IMG/VR virus record: IMGVR_UViG_3300025674_000051
Location: 1-55,456 of that record
Origin: a virus
Lineage: Duplodnaviria; Caudoviricetes
Direction: 5' to 3' (one strand)
DNA length: 55,456 nucleotides
The notes under the pieces are model-generated. The model ran no database searches, was not told where the DNA came from, and saw only the letters and a program-made list of their open reading frames with translations. Positions 27,414 to 38,900 of the stretch are shown here, one piece after another. Within the stretch, counting starts at the first letter, position 1, and every line of letters starts with the position of its first letter. The translations under genes and the position numbers were made by a program.

Positions 27414-27820
27414 TAAACGATTTCTTCAGAAATAGTATCCAAGTTAAGTTGTTTTTCAGCACCAATGGTACTTTCGTTAAGATCTCTTGCTTTTGCCACT
27501 GCAATTTTTACTGCTTCTTTAAAATCACTAGCAGGAAGAGAACTCATTACGACCATGTTTTCTGGTTGTACTTTTCCTATTGTTAACAGATCTGCTGCTG
27601 CTTTATGTGCAATAACATTAATCCAGTGAATTCTGTCATCTTGTTCTAAACGCTCGGGATGACAAACTTCTGCTTCAGACTCGCCAGCAAGAATAAGTTC
27701 TACAATATTGTTATAAAGATCTTCATCTTCAATTTTTAGTGTATCTAGTTTTGCAAGTTTTCTAGATTTTGTGTACTCAGTGGCAAGTTCGACATTGAGT
27801 ATTTGATATTTTGAATACAT
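27413..27820 (-). CDS. Hypothetical helical protein, first gene of the glycosyltransferase operon
   Basis: SD GGAG; TAATG coupling to the GT gene. Confidence 0.75.
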   Translation of the reverse strand: MYSKYQILNVELATEYTKSRKLAKLDTLKIEDEDLYNNIVELILAGESEAEVCHPERLEQDDRIHWINVIAHKAAADLLTIGKVQPENMVVMSSLPASDFKEAVKIAVAKARDLNESTIGAEKQLNLDTISEEIV

Positions 27821-27843
27821 ATATACATCTCCATTATTTTTAT

Positions 27844-27872
27844 ATAGTATATAACTTAGTTTGTTTTGTCAA
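27844..27872 (-). promoter_or_regulatory. Sigma70-type promoter TTGACA-17-TACTAT
   Basis: TTGACA AAACAAACTAAGTTATA TACTAT. Confidence 0.8.
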
Positions 27873-27879
27873 GTAAAAA

Positions 27880-29904
27880 TTATGGTATCTCATAACTATG
27901 TAGATAACCGAGGTTGTCTCTTAAAATAAGTGCTGTACCATTACCGTTGACATCCATTCCTGTTACACCTTGAATATACCAAGGTAGCGTAAAAGTAGCA
28001 GTTATACTAGCACTATTAAAACTCCAAGCAGTTGGTACTGTTATTTGATAAATTTGACATCTATAGAGTTGTCTAGTTTGATAATATTCTGGATTATAAG
28101 TCACCCAAAATGTTAATCCATCATCTGACATAGCAAAACATCTTGCAAAACGACCAAGATTTGCGCTTATACCTGTAATATTAACTAAGTTGAGCGAGCT
28201 CCAAAAACTTGCTGCACTTGGACTGCTCATAACACTGCTTGTACCTCTATAAATTGTTAGAGTTTGTGCGGAAGAAGAGCCCTGTATGTATGCATAATGA
28301 ATGTAAGGATAAGAGGTTAAGTATGTTGGACTGTATGAAACAAATCTTTGAACTTTAAAATCAGTTACAGGTAAAGTAGACCCTATTGTTCTAGTGCTAT
28401 AACTACCACTTATACCATTTTGTATAGTTCCCGCACTATTTGTGCGTCTATACATCAAGTAGTAAACGCCATTATAGTTATATGCTTGTGCTATCCCTAT
28501 GCCACTTATTGGATGCATCTGCATACTTAATACATTTTGGGCTGTTGTAGAACTAAATATAGTTGGCATTGTTGCGGTATAAGTCCACGCTCCCATAGCT
28601 TGTCCAGCACTAATAGTTGAAAAATCATAAGCAGTAGCCATGTCTTGTTCAACATATTTTCTATTAATGATCGATATAAATGCTGTACCATCTCCATTCC
28701 AGCATACACCGCCTTCAGTATAAGGCAAACTGGTTGGATTTAAACCAGTGTAATGACTAGCACTACCGGCGTCATCATAATGGTACATGCTTAAATGTGC
28801 CCCACTATGTCTAGCAGGTTTGTTAGTTTTATTATTAAAAGTACTAACGTCCCATGCTGTACCTAAAGTGTATTGTGAAACGTAGGCACCATAAAACCCA
28901 GGTGCGCCAGAGATAGCCTTTGTGCCAGTAGGATCCATTGTAAATGGTAATATTCTTCCATAGCTTCCTAAATCAGGTCCTCCATTTTGGCTAGTAGTAG
29001 TACTATTTTGCCAGTCAAACCATGCCTGTCCACCATGTGTTTTCATATCTACAGTTTTACCACTGATTCCACTACCCCAAAAATGTATACCATCGTCAGC
29101 AAAACCTCCAAAGGTATATGATGTAGAGGTATTGTCAACTATTCCAACTAGATTTGGAAACCCTCCATTGTCTAATCCAGAAATCGTATAAGGCGATTGA
29201 CCTGGCATTGTTCTATAAATTTCCCAAGAGCATTCTTTTGTAGATTTTTCACCCATGTAACAGAACATATAACCCGAATCTCTCCATGCTAGGCCATTTC
29301 TTTGATAGCCTGAACTGCGTTGCATATCGGTAAACGTTTCATCAGGCGTTGTACTAGCAGTTGAAGGATCAAAAGCTGTTGTAAGGTTTCTAACTATAGC
29401 ACCTTGTATATTAAAGCCTAGAGTGGATGAATGCTGAGTAAGCATTTTTGTACCAGTGTCGTTGAAATCTATTGCATGAGCACCTTTGTTTGTAGGTTCA
29501 GCAATATAAATGTCCGGTACACCGTCACCAACTAAACTTGTAAGATCATAGGGATTAGGAATATTCCAGATGAGAGTCTCTTCGCTACCTGAACTGCCTT
29601 GCCAAGATACAGCTAACTTTTGCCCTCCGTCTACCCAAGCACAATTGTAAACACCTGTATGACCTAAATAAAGATAAGGCACCGGCTTGTTTACTACACC
29701 ACCGCCGGGTACCAACGAAGCTACTTGCCAGTTATTTCCACTGTTTGTCAAACCTCCAAATGCAGCACTCATAGCAATAGTATTTCCAACAGCAATCCCA
29801 ATGTAAGAACCCAGTACACTCATAACAATAGGAGTTCCGCTTGCACTAAAATAGTTGCGTATTTCTGTCATTGTAATTTGAGATCCGGTGGGAGGTAATG
29901 CCAT
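27880..29904 (-). CDS. Putative tail-fibre tip adhesin / receptor-binding protein (short N-terminal adaptor plus beta-propeller-like repeats)
   Basis: Follows the S74-type fibre gene; repeated blade motifs (PNPYDLTS, LTTAFDPST, YTLGTAWDVST, MATAYDFST, VPTAWSFNS); rich in G/S/T/Y. Confidence 0.6.
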   Translation of the reverse strand: MALPPTGSQITMTEIRNYFSASGTPIVMSVLGSYIGIAVGNTIAMSAAFGGLTNSGNNWQVASLVPGGGVVNKPVPYLYLGHTGVYNCAWVDGGQKLAVSWQGSSGSEETLIWNIPNPYDLTSLVGDGVPDIYIAEPTNKGAHAIDFNDTGTKMLTQHSSTLGFNIQGAIVRNLTTAFDPSTASTTPDETFTDMQRSSGYQRNGLAWRDSGYMFCYMGEKSTKECSWEIYRTMPGQSPYTISGLDNGGFPNLVGIVDNTSTSYTFGGFADDGIHFWGSGISGKTVDMKTHGGQAWFDWQNSTTTSQNGGPDLGSYGRILPFTMDPTGTKAISGAPGFYGAYVSQYTLGTAWDVSTFNNKTNKPARHSGAHLSMYHYDDAGSASHYTGLNPTSLPYTEGGVCWNGDGTAFISIINRKYVEQDMATAYDFSTISAGQAMGAWTYTATMPTIFSSTTAQNVLSMQMHPISGIGIAQAYNYNGVYYLMYRRTNSAGTIQNGISGSYSTRTIGSTLPVTDFKVQRFVSYSPTYLTSYPYIHYAYIQGSSSAQTLTIYRGTSSVMSSPSAASFWSSLNLVNITGISANLGRFARCFAMSDDGLTFWVTYNPEYYQTRQLYRCQIYQITVPTAWSFNSASITATFTLPWYIQGVTGMDVNGNGTALILRDNLGYLHSYEIP

Positions 29905-29924
29905 TATTTTTTCCTATTTTATCT

Positions 29925-29953
29925 ATTATAACAAATATTTTTACATGTGTCAA
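29925..29953 (-). promoter_or_regulatory. Full-consensus sigma70 promoter TTGACA-17-TATAAT with extended -10 (TGn)
   Basis: TTGACA CATGTAAAAATATTTGT TATAAT. Confidence 0.85.
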
Positions 29954-29954
29954 T

Positions 29955-29976
29955 AGTAAGGACTTGCGTCCTTACT
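29955..29976 (-). terminator. GNRA-capped hairpin directly after the giant fibre stop (weak terminator or 3' stabiliser)
   Basis: AGTAAGGAC-GCAA-GTCCTTACT; poor U tract. Confidence 0.55.
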
Positions 29977-32900
29977 TTATTTATTTAACAAGTCTTTCAC
30001 CATTTGTTTAAGTTGATCTATTTCTTCCTGTTGTTCTTTGATAGCTTCGATTAAAAGAGGAACCATTTTTTCATACTTGACTGTTAAGTAATCTTCTCCT
30101 GACTTACTTCCAATGTCATCTCCTGACTGTTCATCGTATTTTCTATCAAACGGTGCATAAGTAACAGCTTGTGGTAATACTTTTTGAACTTGTTGTGCTA
30201 GTACACCCGCATCGTTAACTTTTATACTTGGATTAAATCCTAGTTCTTCTACTTCGTCAATCCAATCATAATGCACACCTTGTAGTTGTTTGACTTTATC
30301 AAGAGCATTTTCAATAGGACGAATATTTGTTTTCAATCTTTCATCCGATGAATAAGCTGTGACTTCGCCTGTTGCTGTAAACGATGCTGCAACATCAACA
30401 GTGGTGTTGTTACAAGTTAGTCGAGTACTACCATTGTAATATAATCTAAAGTAACTGTTTCTTACAGTCAAGAAATGTGCTTCGTTGTCAACATCGTTAT
30501 ATAGATATGTATTTGAACCACCATCGTGCATTAATACTATGCGTCCGTCAATGCTGTAACCTTCATAGCCGTTTATGCCGGAACCACTTGTTTGTATAGT
30601 ACCGTAGTCACCTGTAACATTGGTAATACCTCTAGTAGCATCAACATATGTTACTCCATCTACACGTAAGTTACCAGGTGTATAAACACCGTTTGTAAAT
30701 TCACTAGCATTGTTCAAGCGCAAATAACCGTCATTATAATCTGCACTTAAAGCAGTTCTATTATTAAATGCAATACCTCTGTTGTCGCTAGTAGAATTAC
30801 CAGTAAAATCGATAATATCGTCACTAGTGCTTGTGTAATCATAAGTTGCGCTTGCTGTATCATCTGCATCACTGCGTATAAATGATCCACTATCAATGCC
30901 ATCGATGGTGTCAGCATCAAGTCCCGATCCGGACCCTGTATTACCGCTATGCCATACAGTCCATGTAGTACCGTCGGTGTACGTCAAACCGTTTGTACCA
31001 TTTCCTATATCCACTCTACTACCGTGTTGATCACTTGCAAGTCTTAGTGTACCACCGTTAACAAACTGCATGTATGCACGGCGTGTTGCACCTTGATACC
31101 ATCCAATATACGGTGAGTTAGTTGTTGTAGGAGCAACAATTTTAAACACTTCGCCATCTTTTTGGAAAGTGATTTGACCTGTGGCAGTATCATCAGCATC
31201 ACTGCGTAAGAAACTAAGACTGTCTATTCCGTCAAGTGTATCAGCACTAACATTAGTCAATCCAGAACCGTTACCAGTAAATGTGCTTGTACCAATATTA
31301 ATATCACCAAAGTTGCTAGTAATACTACCTGCGTCTAATGCACCAGTTCCTGTTAAGTTACTGTATGTTCCATCAATACGTGCGTTTGCTACTGTACCAC
31401 TTGCAAGATTAGTTGCATTTAGATTTGTAACACTAGCACCATCACCTGTGATAGTACCTGTTACACTTAGATTGTTTTGAACAGTTGTGGTAGTGTTGTT
31501 AACTTCAAGTCTTTCGCCTCCTCCGGTTACAACACGCCATTGATCTGCTGCATGGAATTGCAAATATGTATCTACATCGTCTTTTGAAATAATTTGATCA
31601 TCTAATGTTAAGTCTGTAACACCTGTGATATTATTATTATTAAAACTGGTTGCACCTAGACTTACTGTACCAGTTGCAGTCAAGTTTGAAGAACCAATAT
31701 CAATATTACCAAAACCACTTGTGATGCTACCGCTGTTGAGTGCACCTGTACCAGTAATACTACCCTGGTGTTGTGTTACACTACTTGCAGCAATTCTACC
31801 ATCCGGTACTGTACCGCTGCTCAAGTTACTTGCATTTAGTGCTGTTAGGTTTGTACCTACACCACTATATCCAGTTGTACCTGTAAAGTTGAAAGTAGTT
31901 GTGCTCACTGTCAAGTTTACACCAGGTATTTTCAAACTGTTGTTGCTGCTGTTACCGATAACCATTTGGTTACTTGTTGTGTTTGCATCAGTTTCAACAT
32001 TATAACCAATCAATATGTTGTTTGAACCAGTTGTCAGTGTATCACCTGAGAACGCACCAATAACAGTATTGTTATCTCCTGTTACCAGTTCTAGTGCTTC
32101 AATACCGACACTGGTGTTGTAGTTACCAGCTGTACTGTTTGACTGCGAACTTTTACCAACTGCTGTGTTACCTTCACCTGCATTGGTTCTTTGCTCCATT
32201 GTATTTGCACCAACTGCTGTGTTGTTGCTCACAGTTGTTACAGCGTTTAATGCATTGTAGCCTAGTGCAGTATTTCTGTCACCTGTTAGTCCTCCTGCAA
32301 ATGTAGCATCACCAATGCCTGTGTTAAACTGTGCACCCGAACCAATGCTGCCGCCTTCACCAAATACTAGGTTAGTTGCTTCACCTTGATTACCTCTACC
32401 AATTCTATGACCGTTTACAGTAATATCACTGGTAAATGTTTTACCAGCCTGGCTAGTTGGTAATCTACCGTCCGGAACAGTACCACTTGTAAGTTGTGTA
32501 GCATTTAGTGCTGTAATGTTTGCACCATTACCATAGAAGCCGTCTCCTGTGTAAATCTTTTTAGTAACACCTAAACCGCCGCCAACACGCACAGCACCAC
32601 TAGTACTATTGCTTGCATCACTAGTATCACTAAATGTTTTTACGCCTGCCATTGTTTGGTTACCGCCTAGACGTGCACCTTGTACAGTTCCTGTTGTAAG
32701 CTGACTTGCATTTAAATCTGTAAGTCCACTACCGTTACCAGTAAATGTACTTGTGCCAATATTAATATTACCAAAACCACTTGTAATGCTACCTGCATTC
32801 AGTGCGCCTGTGCCTGTTATACTTAATTGATGCTGAGTAACATTGCTTACAGCAATACGAGCATCATCTAGTGTACCACTATCAATGTTACTTGCTGCAA

Positions 32901-35900
32901 TACTACCATTAAAGTTATCAGCATAAACTGCACCACCAACACCTAGTCCGCCTGTAATAACTACCGCACCTGTGCCTGTACTTGTAGCACTTGTAGTATT
33001 GGTTACTGTTGTCAGACCGCTTGCTGTAAGTGTTGTAAATGCACCTGTTGACGGTGTTGTTCCGCCAATTGGAACTCCATCAATAGCAGGAATAGTAAGA
33101 GTCCCGTCAATTGTAACATTTCCTGTGACATCAATATCATCTGCAAAGTTAACACTGCTTGTAGCTGCACCAATGTTTATAGCTGACGCACCCCCACCGA
33201 AATTAATCGTTGTAGCATTTGCATTCATAATGTTGCTAGTTGCTGTGTTTGTAGTAATGTCGCCACCGTCGACATTTAAATCACCATCAACATCTAAATC
33301 ATTGTTGATACTGGTTGTACCAGTTGTTGCACCAAGGTCAAGAGCTGTTGCATTTCCAAATGCGTTAATTGTTGTTGCATTTGTATTCAACAAGTTAAAT
33401 GTAGTTTGATTAGTTGTAATATCACCGCCATCAACATTAAGGTCTAAATCAATATCTAGATTGTTGTTAACACTTGTTGTACCAGTAGTTGCACCGATAT
33501 CAATTGCAGTAGCAGCACCACCAAAGTTAATAGTTGTTGCAGTATCATCAAACAATGCCATTGTAGTGCTTGCTGCTTCGATACCTGTAGTAAATTCAGG
33601 AGAAGTGCTTAAAACAAATACACCTGTACCTGTTTCATCACTAAGAACGCCAGCTAATTGTGCACTAGTTGTTGAAGCAAATTGATTTAGTCCTGTTTCA
33701 GTTCTTGCTAATGTACCACTTGTTGGCAATGTAACACTTGTATTACCTGTTGTTGTTAGTCCTAAAGTATGCGCACCAGTATGTGTAAAATTACCACCTA
33801 ATGTGATAGTTTTGCTACCATTGTTAACACCTGTACCACCGTATGTTGGATCAATGGTTGTACCTTGCCATACACCTGTATTAATTGTGCCAAGTTGCTG
33901 TAAACTACTATTAACAACTGTTACACCTATAGTTGTTGAACTTAAAATATCATTACCGTCAATGCGGAATTGTTTTCCGCTTGCAAGTTCAAAGTTCTCA
34001 CTGCTTGTCCAACTATCAGTTGAGTTAACCCAAATAATAGTCTTATCAGTTGCACCTTTAAGTGTAATACCTCCGCCATCTGCTGTTGTATCAGTTGGAC
34101 TTGCAACTGCACCTAGTTCAATATTTTTGTCGTCTACACTAAGTTCAGTTGTGTTAATTGTAGTTGTTGTACCATTTACTGTAAGGTCGCCTGATACAGT
34201 TAAGTCGTTGTTAACAGTTGTAGTACCTGTAGCTGCACCAATACTAACAGTTGTAGCATCACCACCAATATTTACAGTAGTAGCATTTGCATTTACAATA
34301 TTAAATGTAGTTGCATTAGTTGTAATATCTCCACCATCTACATTTAAATCAAGATCAATGTCAACATTGTTGTGCACAGTTGTGGTACCTGTTGCAGCAC
34401 CAATTTCAACTGTGGTTGCATCACCACCCATGTTAATTGTTGTAGCAGTATCATCTAATAGTCCAACTGTAGTTTCTGTTGTGCTAATTGTATCGTTTAC
34501 TTCAACTTCGCCGGTAAATGCTGCTTTACCATTTGTGTCAATTGTTAATCGTGTAGTTGAAGTTTGTGCTACTGCACCGCTTGTACCAACTTCACCTGTT
34601 TTGATAATAACACTACCGCTTGTTGCGTTACCTGTACTGATACCGCCTTGTATAGTAATGTCACCGCCGCCAATGTTTGTTCCTAAACCGCTTTCACCTT
34701 TGATTACTGCACTAACAGGCGATGCTCCTGTAACTGCACTACCAAATACAACATCACGATTTCTAATAACCATTGTGTTGTCTTTGGAAATAGTACCTTG
34801 TACTACTACATTTGCTGCTGTTACTAGGTTATCTGTCCTAATAGTAAATGAAGTTGCATCTGCTGTTGCACCACTTACTGGCCATGTACCATCCAAGTTT
34901 GTAACATTACTACCAGATATAATTATTGTATCGCCTACTCTAACACCTAATGTTTCTGGAGTATAGGTAAATGTCAATGTTGTGCTTGTTAGAACTGTAC
35001 CAGTAGTATTAGCACTTATGAACACTTCAGTGTCAGTTACACCTGTAACAGTGGTATTAGCTGGAATACTGCCACTGCCTGTAACAATCATACCATACTT
35101 AATACCAGTAGTGTCTGAGAAGACAAGAGCTGCTTCTCCATTACCTGTAGCATCACTAGTATCTACATTTATACTTGCTAAATTAACAACTACATCTCTA
35201 CTTGCTGTTGCTTCATAGTCTAAAGCAAAACTTGTTATAGCTCTACTATCAGAACTTTTACCAATTTTTACATTTTCAGCATCGCCGCCGAGTTCCAATG
35301 TTGTAACATTGTTGTTGTACACTTGACCGAGTGCGTCACTGCTTGAACTCAACTTTGCCGAACCAACATCTAAGCCTTCTGCAAGATCAAGTGCTGTGCC
35401 CCATTCGGGTGTAGTACCGTTTGATTTAAGGAATGTGTTTGCTCTACCAATGTTTAGTGTATTCAAACTACCTGCAGATTGTGCATAAATCAAATCGCCA
35501 ATGGCATATGTACCGATGTTAGTACCACCTCTACTTACAGGTACAAGGCTTGTAAGGTTGTTAGGGTTTAGGAAGTATGCACTGTCTAAACTATCAAGTG
35601 TACCAGCATCAATAACACCATCTTTAATAAACACTTCGCCCGAACCGTCAGAATTAACATCAAATTGTGTTTGTAAGAATTTACTCACACCTAATGTTGA
35701 AAATGTTCCACCAACATTTAGATCCGTGTTTGCAATACCAATGTTAACTGGATCTCCGTAATATTCTCCTGCTGTATTCAATCCTGTTAGTGTAATTGGG
35801 TTGTCGGTTGTTGCAGCAACTTTGATTGTTTGAACAACATTTTTATATGAACTATCGCCAAATAGTGCACTTTCGCTATTTGCAACACCCGATGCCGCAA

Positions 35901-38900
35901 GTCTGCTTGGCGAAATTGTACCAGAAATAATATTTTCTGCGTCAATGTTTGTAACAGCAAGTGTGTTCCAGTTTGCTTTTAATCTACTTGAAGTATTAAC
36001 AATAGCATTAACTTGAACATTGTTTCTAATAATTCTTGCACTACCAACACCATTTGCATCAATATTTCTTGCATTGGTTACAAGTCCATTGATACTGCTT
36101 AATGCATCACTTCTAAGTGCGTGAATTGTAAACGAGTTTGTTGTTACACTACCTACAAAGAATCGTGAACCACTTGCAATTTCAACACCATTAACATCTG
36201 GCAGCACATTAGATGTTGACCCGTCATCAAGTGAAACCATTCTAATAGCGTCACCAGTTGTAAATCCGTGATTGGCTACAACCATACTATTGTCAGTTAA
36301 GTTAACAGTGAATCTTGTAATGTTATGGTTGTTGTTAGCTGGTGTTGTTAAGAATGTAATTTGTGTGCCTAAGTTAAAATCGTCATACAACTCTATGTTG
36401 TCATTGTCAACAACTTTGACATAATAAACTTGATTGTTTAACAATCCGCCGATAGCAACATTCGCTAATGTGTCGTATGTTACAGGATCACCATTTGAGA
36501 ATCCATGAGCAGTAATAGCAATTCTACTATCAGTGTAATCAACTGCACCGCCTGCACCGTCAGAACCTGCTAAGAAGTTATGACTAATTGTATCATCAAA
36601 GTTAATATCGTTTGCATTTTGCACAGCAGTATTATCTTCAACAAAGTCAATACTTGAGCTACTTGCAACAAACAATTCTCCGCCTAATATGTTTACATAG
36701 GCTCTATCTTCAATTGCACTAATCTCAATTTGGAAGCCACTACCTGTGCCGCCTATGTCACTTGTATTAGCACCTAACAAGTCGCCAGCAACATATCCAG
36801 TACCGCCTCTAGTTAAGTCAACATCTGTAACAGCACCTGCTGTGACTGTAATGTTAGCTTTTGCACCTGTACCAGAACCTGAAATACTTGTCAATGAAAT
36901 ATTTTCGTAGATTAGACTTCCTGTAGTAGGTGTGTACAAGCTACCGCCAGTAATGTTTGCATTGTCTACACTAACTGCAATACCTTCTCGTGTTTCAGTA
37001 ACAGCACCTTGTGCGTTACCGTCTGCTGATGTAACAATGGTTCTAGCAGTACCACTTACTGCTTTTGTTGACTCATTGTCTCCTGTGTTCGTAATAGTAA
37101 AAGTAGTTGCACTAGGTACACTTAACACAAGACCGTTTTGATTATATGTTTCGTCTCCAGATACAATAACATTAACATTGTTATCAACATTTAAATTATG
37201 TGCGCCACTAGTTGTAATAGTTGCAATGTTTCCTGATCTTGCAACATTTGTCACAGTTGCACTTGTAAATGTATAAGTATCGTCACTATCAAGAATTAAG
37301 AACTGACTTGAGTTTGAGCTACGCAAGAAGTAGTTATCGATAATTTCACTGCTTAAACCTTTAGATGCAATATTTTCGCCAGAGTCTACACCGTTAATAA
37401 AAATGTTCCCTGCACTAACCTCCCACGGATCACCGGTGCTGTCATCAGTTTTATCCCATGCTTCTCCTTGTGTTGTAACAAGAATGTTAAGACTGTTTAA
37501 AAAATCACCTTTAGCATAACCGATAGCGCCTGTAACACCTGGTTGTGTAATAGTGTCACCGTCGCTTGCACTTACAGTACCAGACAGTGTAAGTTCTACC
37601 TGTTCATATTCTTCTGTACCAATGTCACCTGCTTTCAAGTCAACTGCTGGAATATCTTCGACTTGGTTTAGTCTTGATTGATATCCTTTGGTATTTGTGT
37701 TTGTAAACTGTCTAGTGGCAGGAATCAAGTCTGCGTTTAACTGTCCGTTAACATTGAGCTGTACAATAGCACCTGGAACAGCAGCCGAGCTAACTGTTTT
37801 GTCAATAAACCCACCTAGTCTGTTTGATAAGAAGCTTCTTACTGCAAGCTGTGTGCTAATACGAGTATCTTTTGCACCACCAATTTCGTTATCACCTAAG
37901 TTAACATCTGTTGAAATTTCTTCAATAGCAACATCACTAACACTCAATTTCAATGCATCAAGTTCGTCCACCTGCACTTTGTTTCTAAAGGTAATGTTAC
38001 CAGTTCTGTTAAACGCTGTAATAAAGTCACCAACTTTAAAGTCACCAAGTTCGTTTGTACCTGATGAGTAGCAACGTCCTGGCAGTTCTTCAAACTGTTC
38101 GTATTCTTCTCTAGTGTTACCGCCGTTCTGTGGTAATGCGTTATAATCTGTACCTGAACCTGCATATTCCCAAGTATGTGCAGATGAGTTAACAATACTT
38201 GGTCTATGGAACCAAAGTTGTTTCTCTGGCAAGTTTACTAGATTTGTGATACTACTACTACCGTCAGTTGCTGTTATTGAGAATGTAGCTGTACTTCTAT
38301 TTGTTACAGCACTAACTTCGTTAATACCAATACTTGTGTTTGGTGTATCACTGTGATCTTCTGTAATAGTACTTGTTGCATCAAATTGAATACGAAGAAC
38401 ACTTGATCCAACGGTCACTTGTTCAATACTAACTGTCAATTCTCTTTCAGCAGGAACCCATTTGCTAACAATTGCACTATTATTGCTTGCACCTGTTGTA
38501 CCTTGAATTGCTCTACCTGGAACAAAGTTATAACTTTCTGCTCCAGATTCTAAGATAAGTTTTTGGTATGTAGTATGCGAAGCTGTAACTTCTTCAACAA
38601 AGAATTCTATAATATTTGCTAGAAATTTATGAGTGCCTGTGTTACTAAAGTTGCTAAAGATTGTTGCGTCAAATTCACCACTATCGTCATTTGTTAGTGT
38701 AAATTCATTTTCGTCAATTAGTTTGATATAATATGTTTGTTCATTATTCAAACCACCAATTGTTGTATTTCCATTATTATCGTAGATAACTTTTTGTAAG
38801 TTTGTAAAGCCGTGACCTGTAATTGTAAAAATTCCAGTTGTTACATTAAGTGCTGTCGCTGCATCAAATGTAGTTTCGTCAGGTGTTGGAATAAAGTCTA

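Noticed and set aside
33803-34966. 387-aa plus-strand ORF and many shorter plus-strand ORFs across 29977-52541
   Set aside because: These are antisense shadows of Thr/Gly/Asn-rich fibre codons, giving Val/Pro/Leu-rich translations with no SD or motifs.
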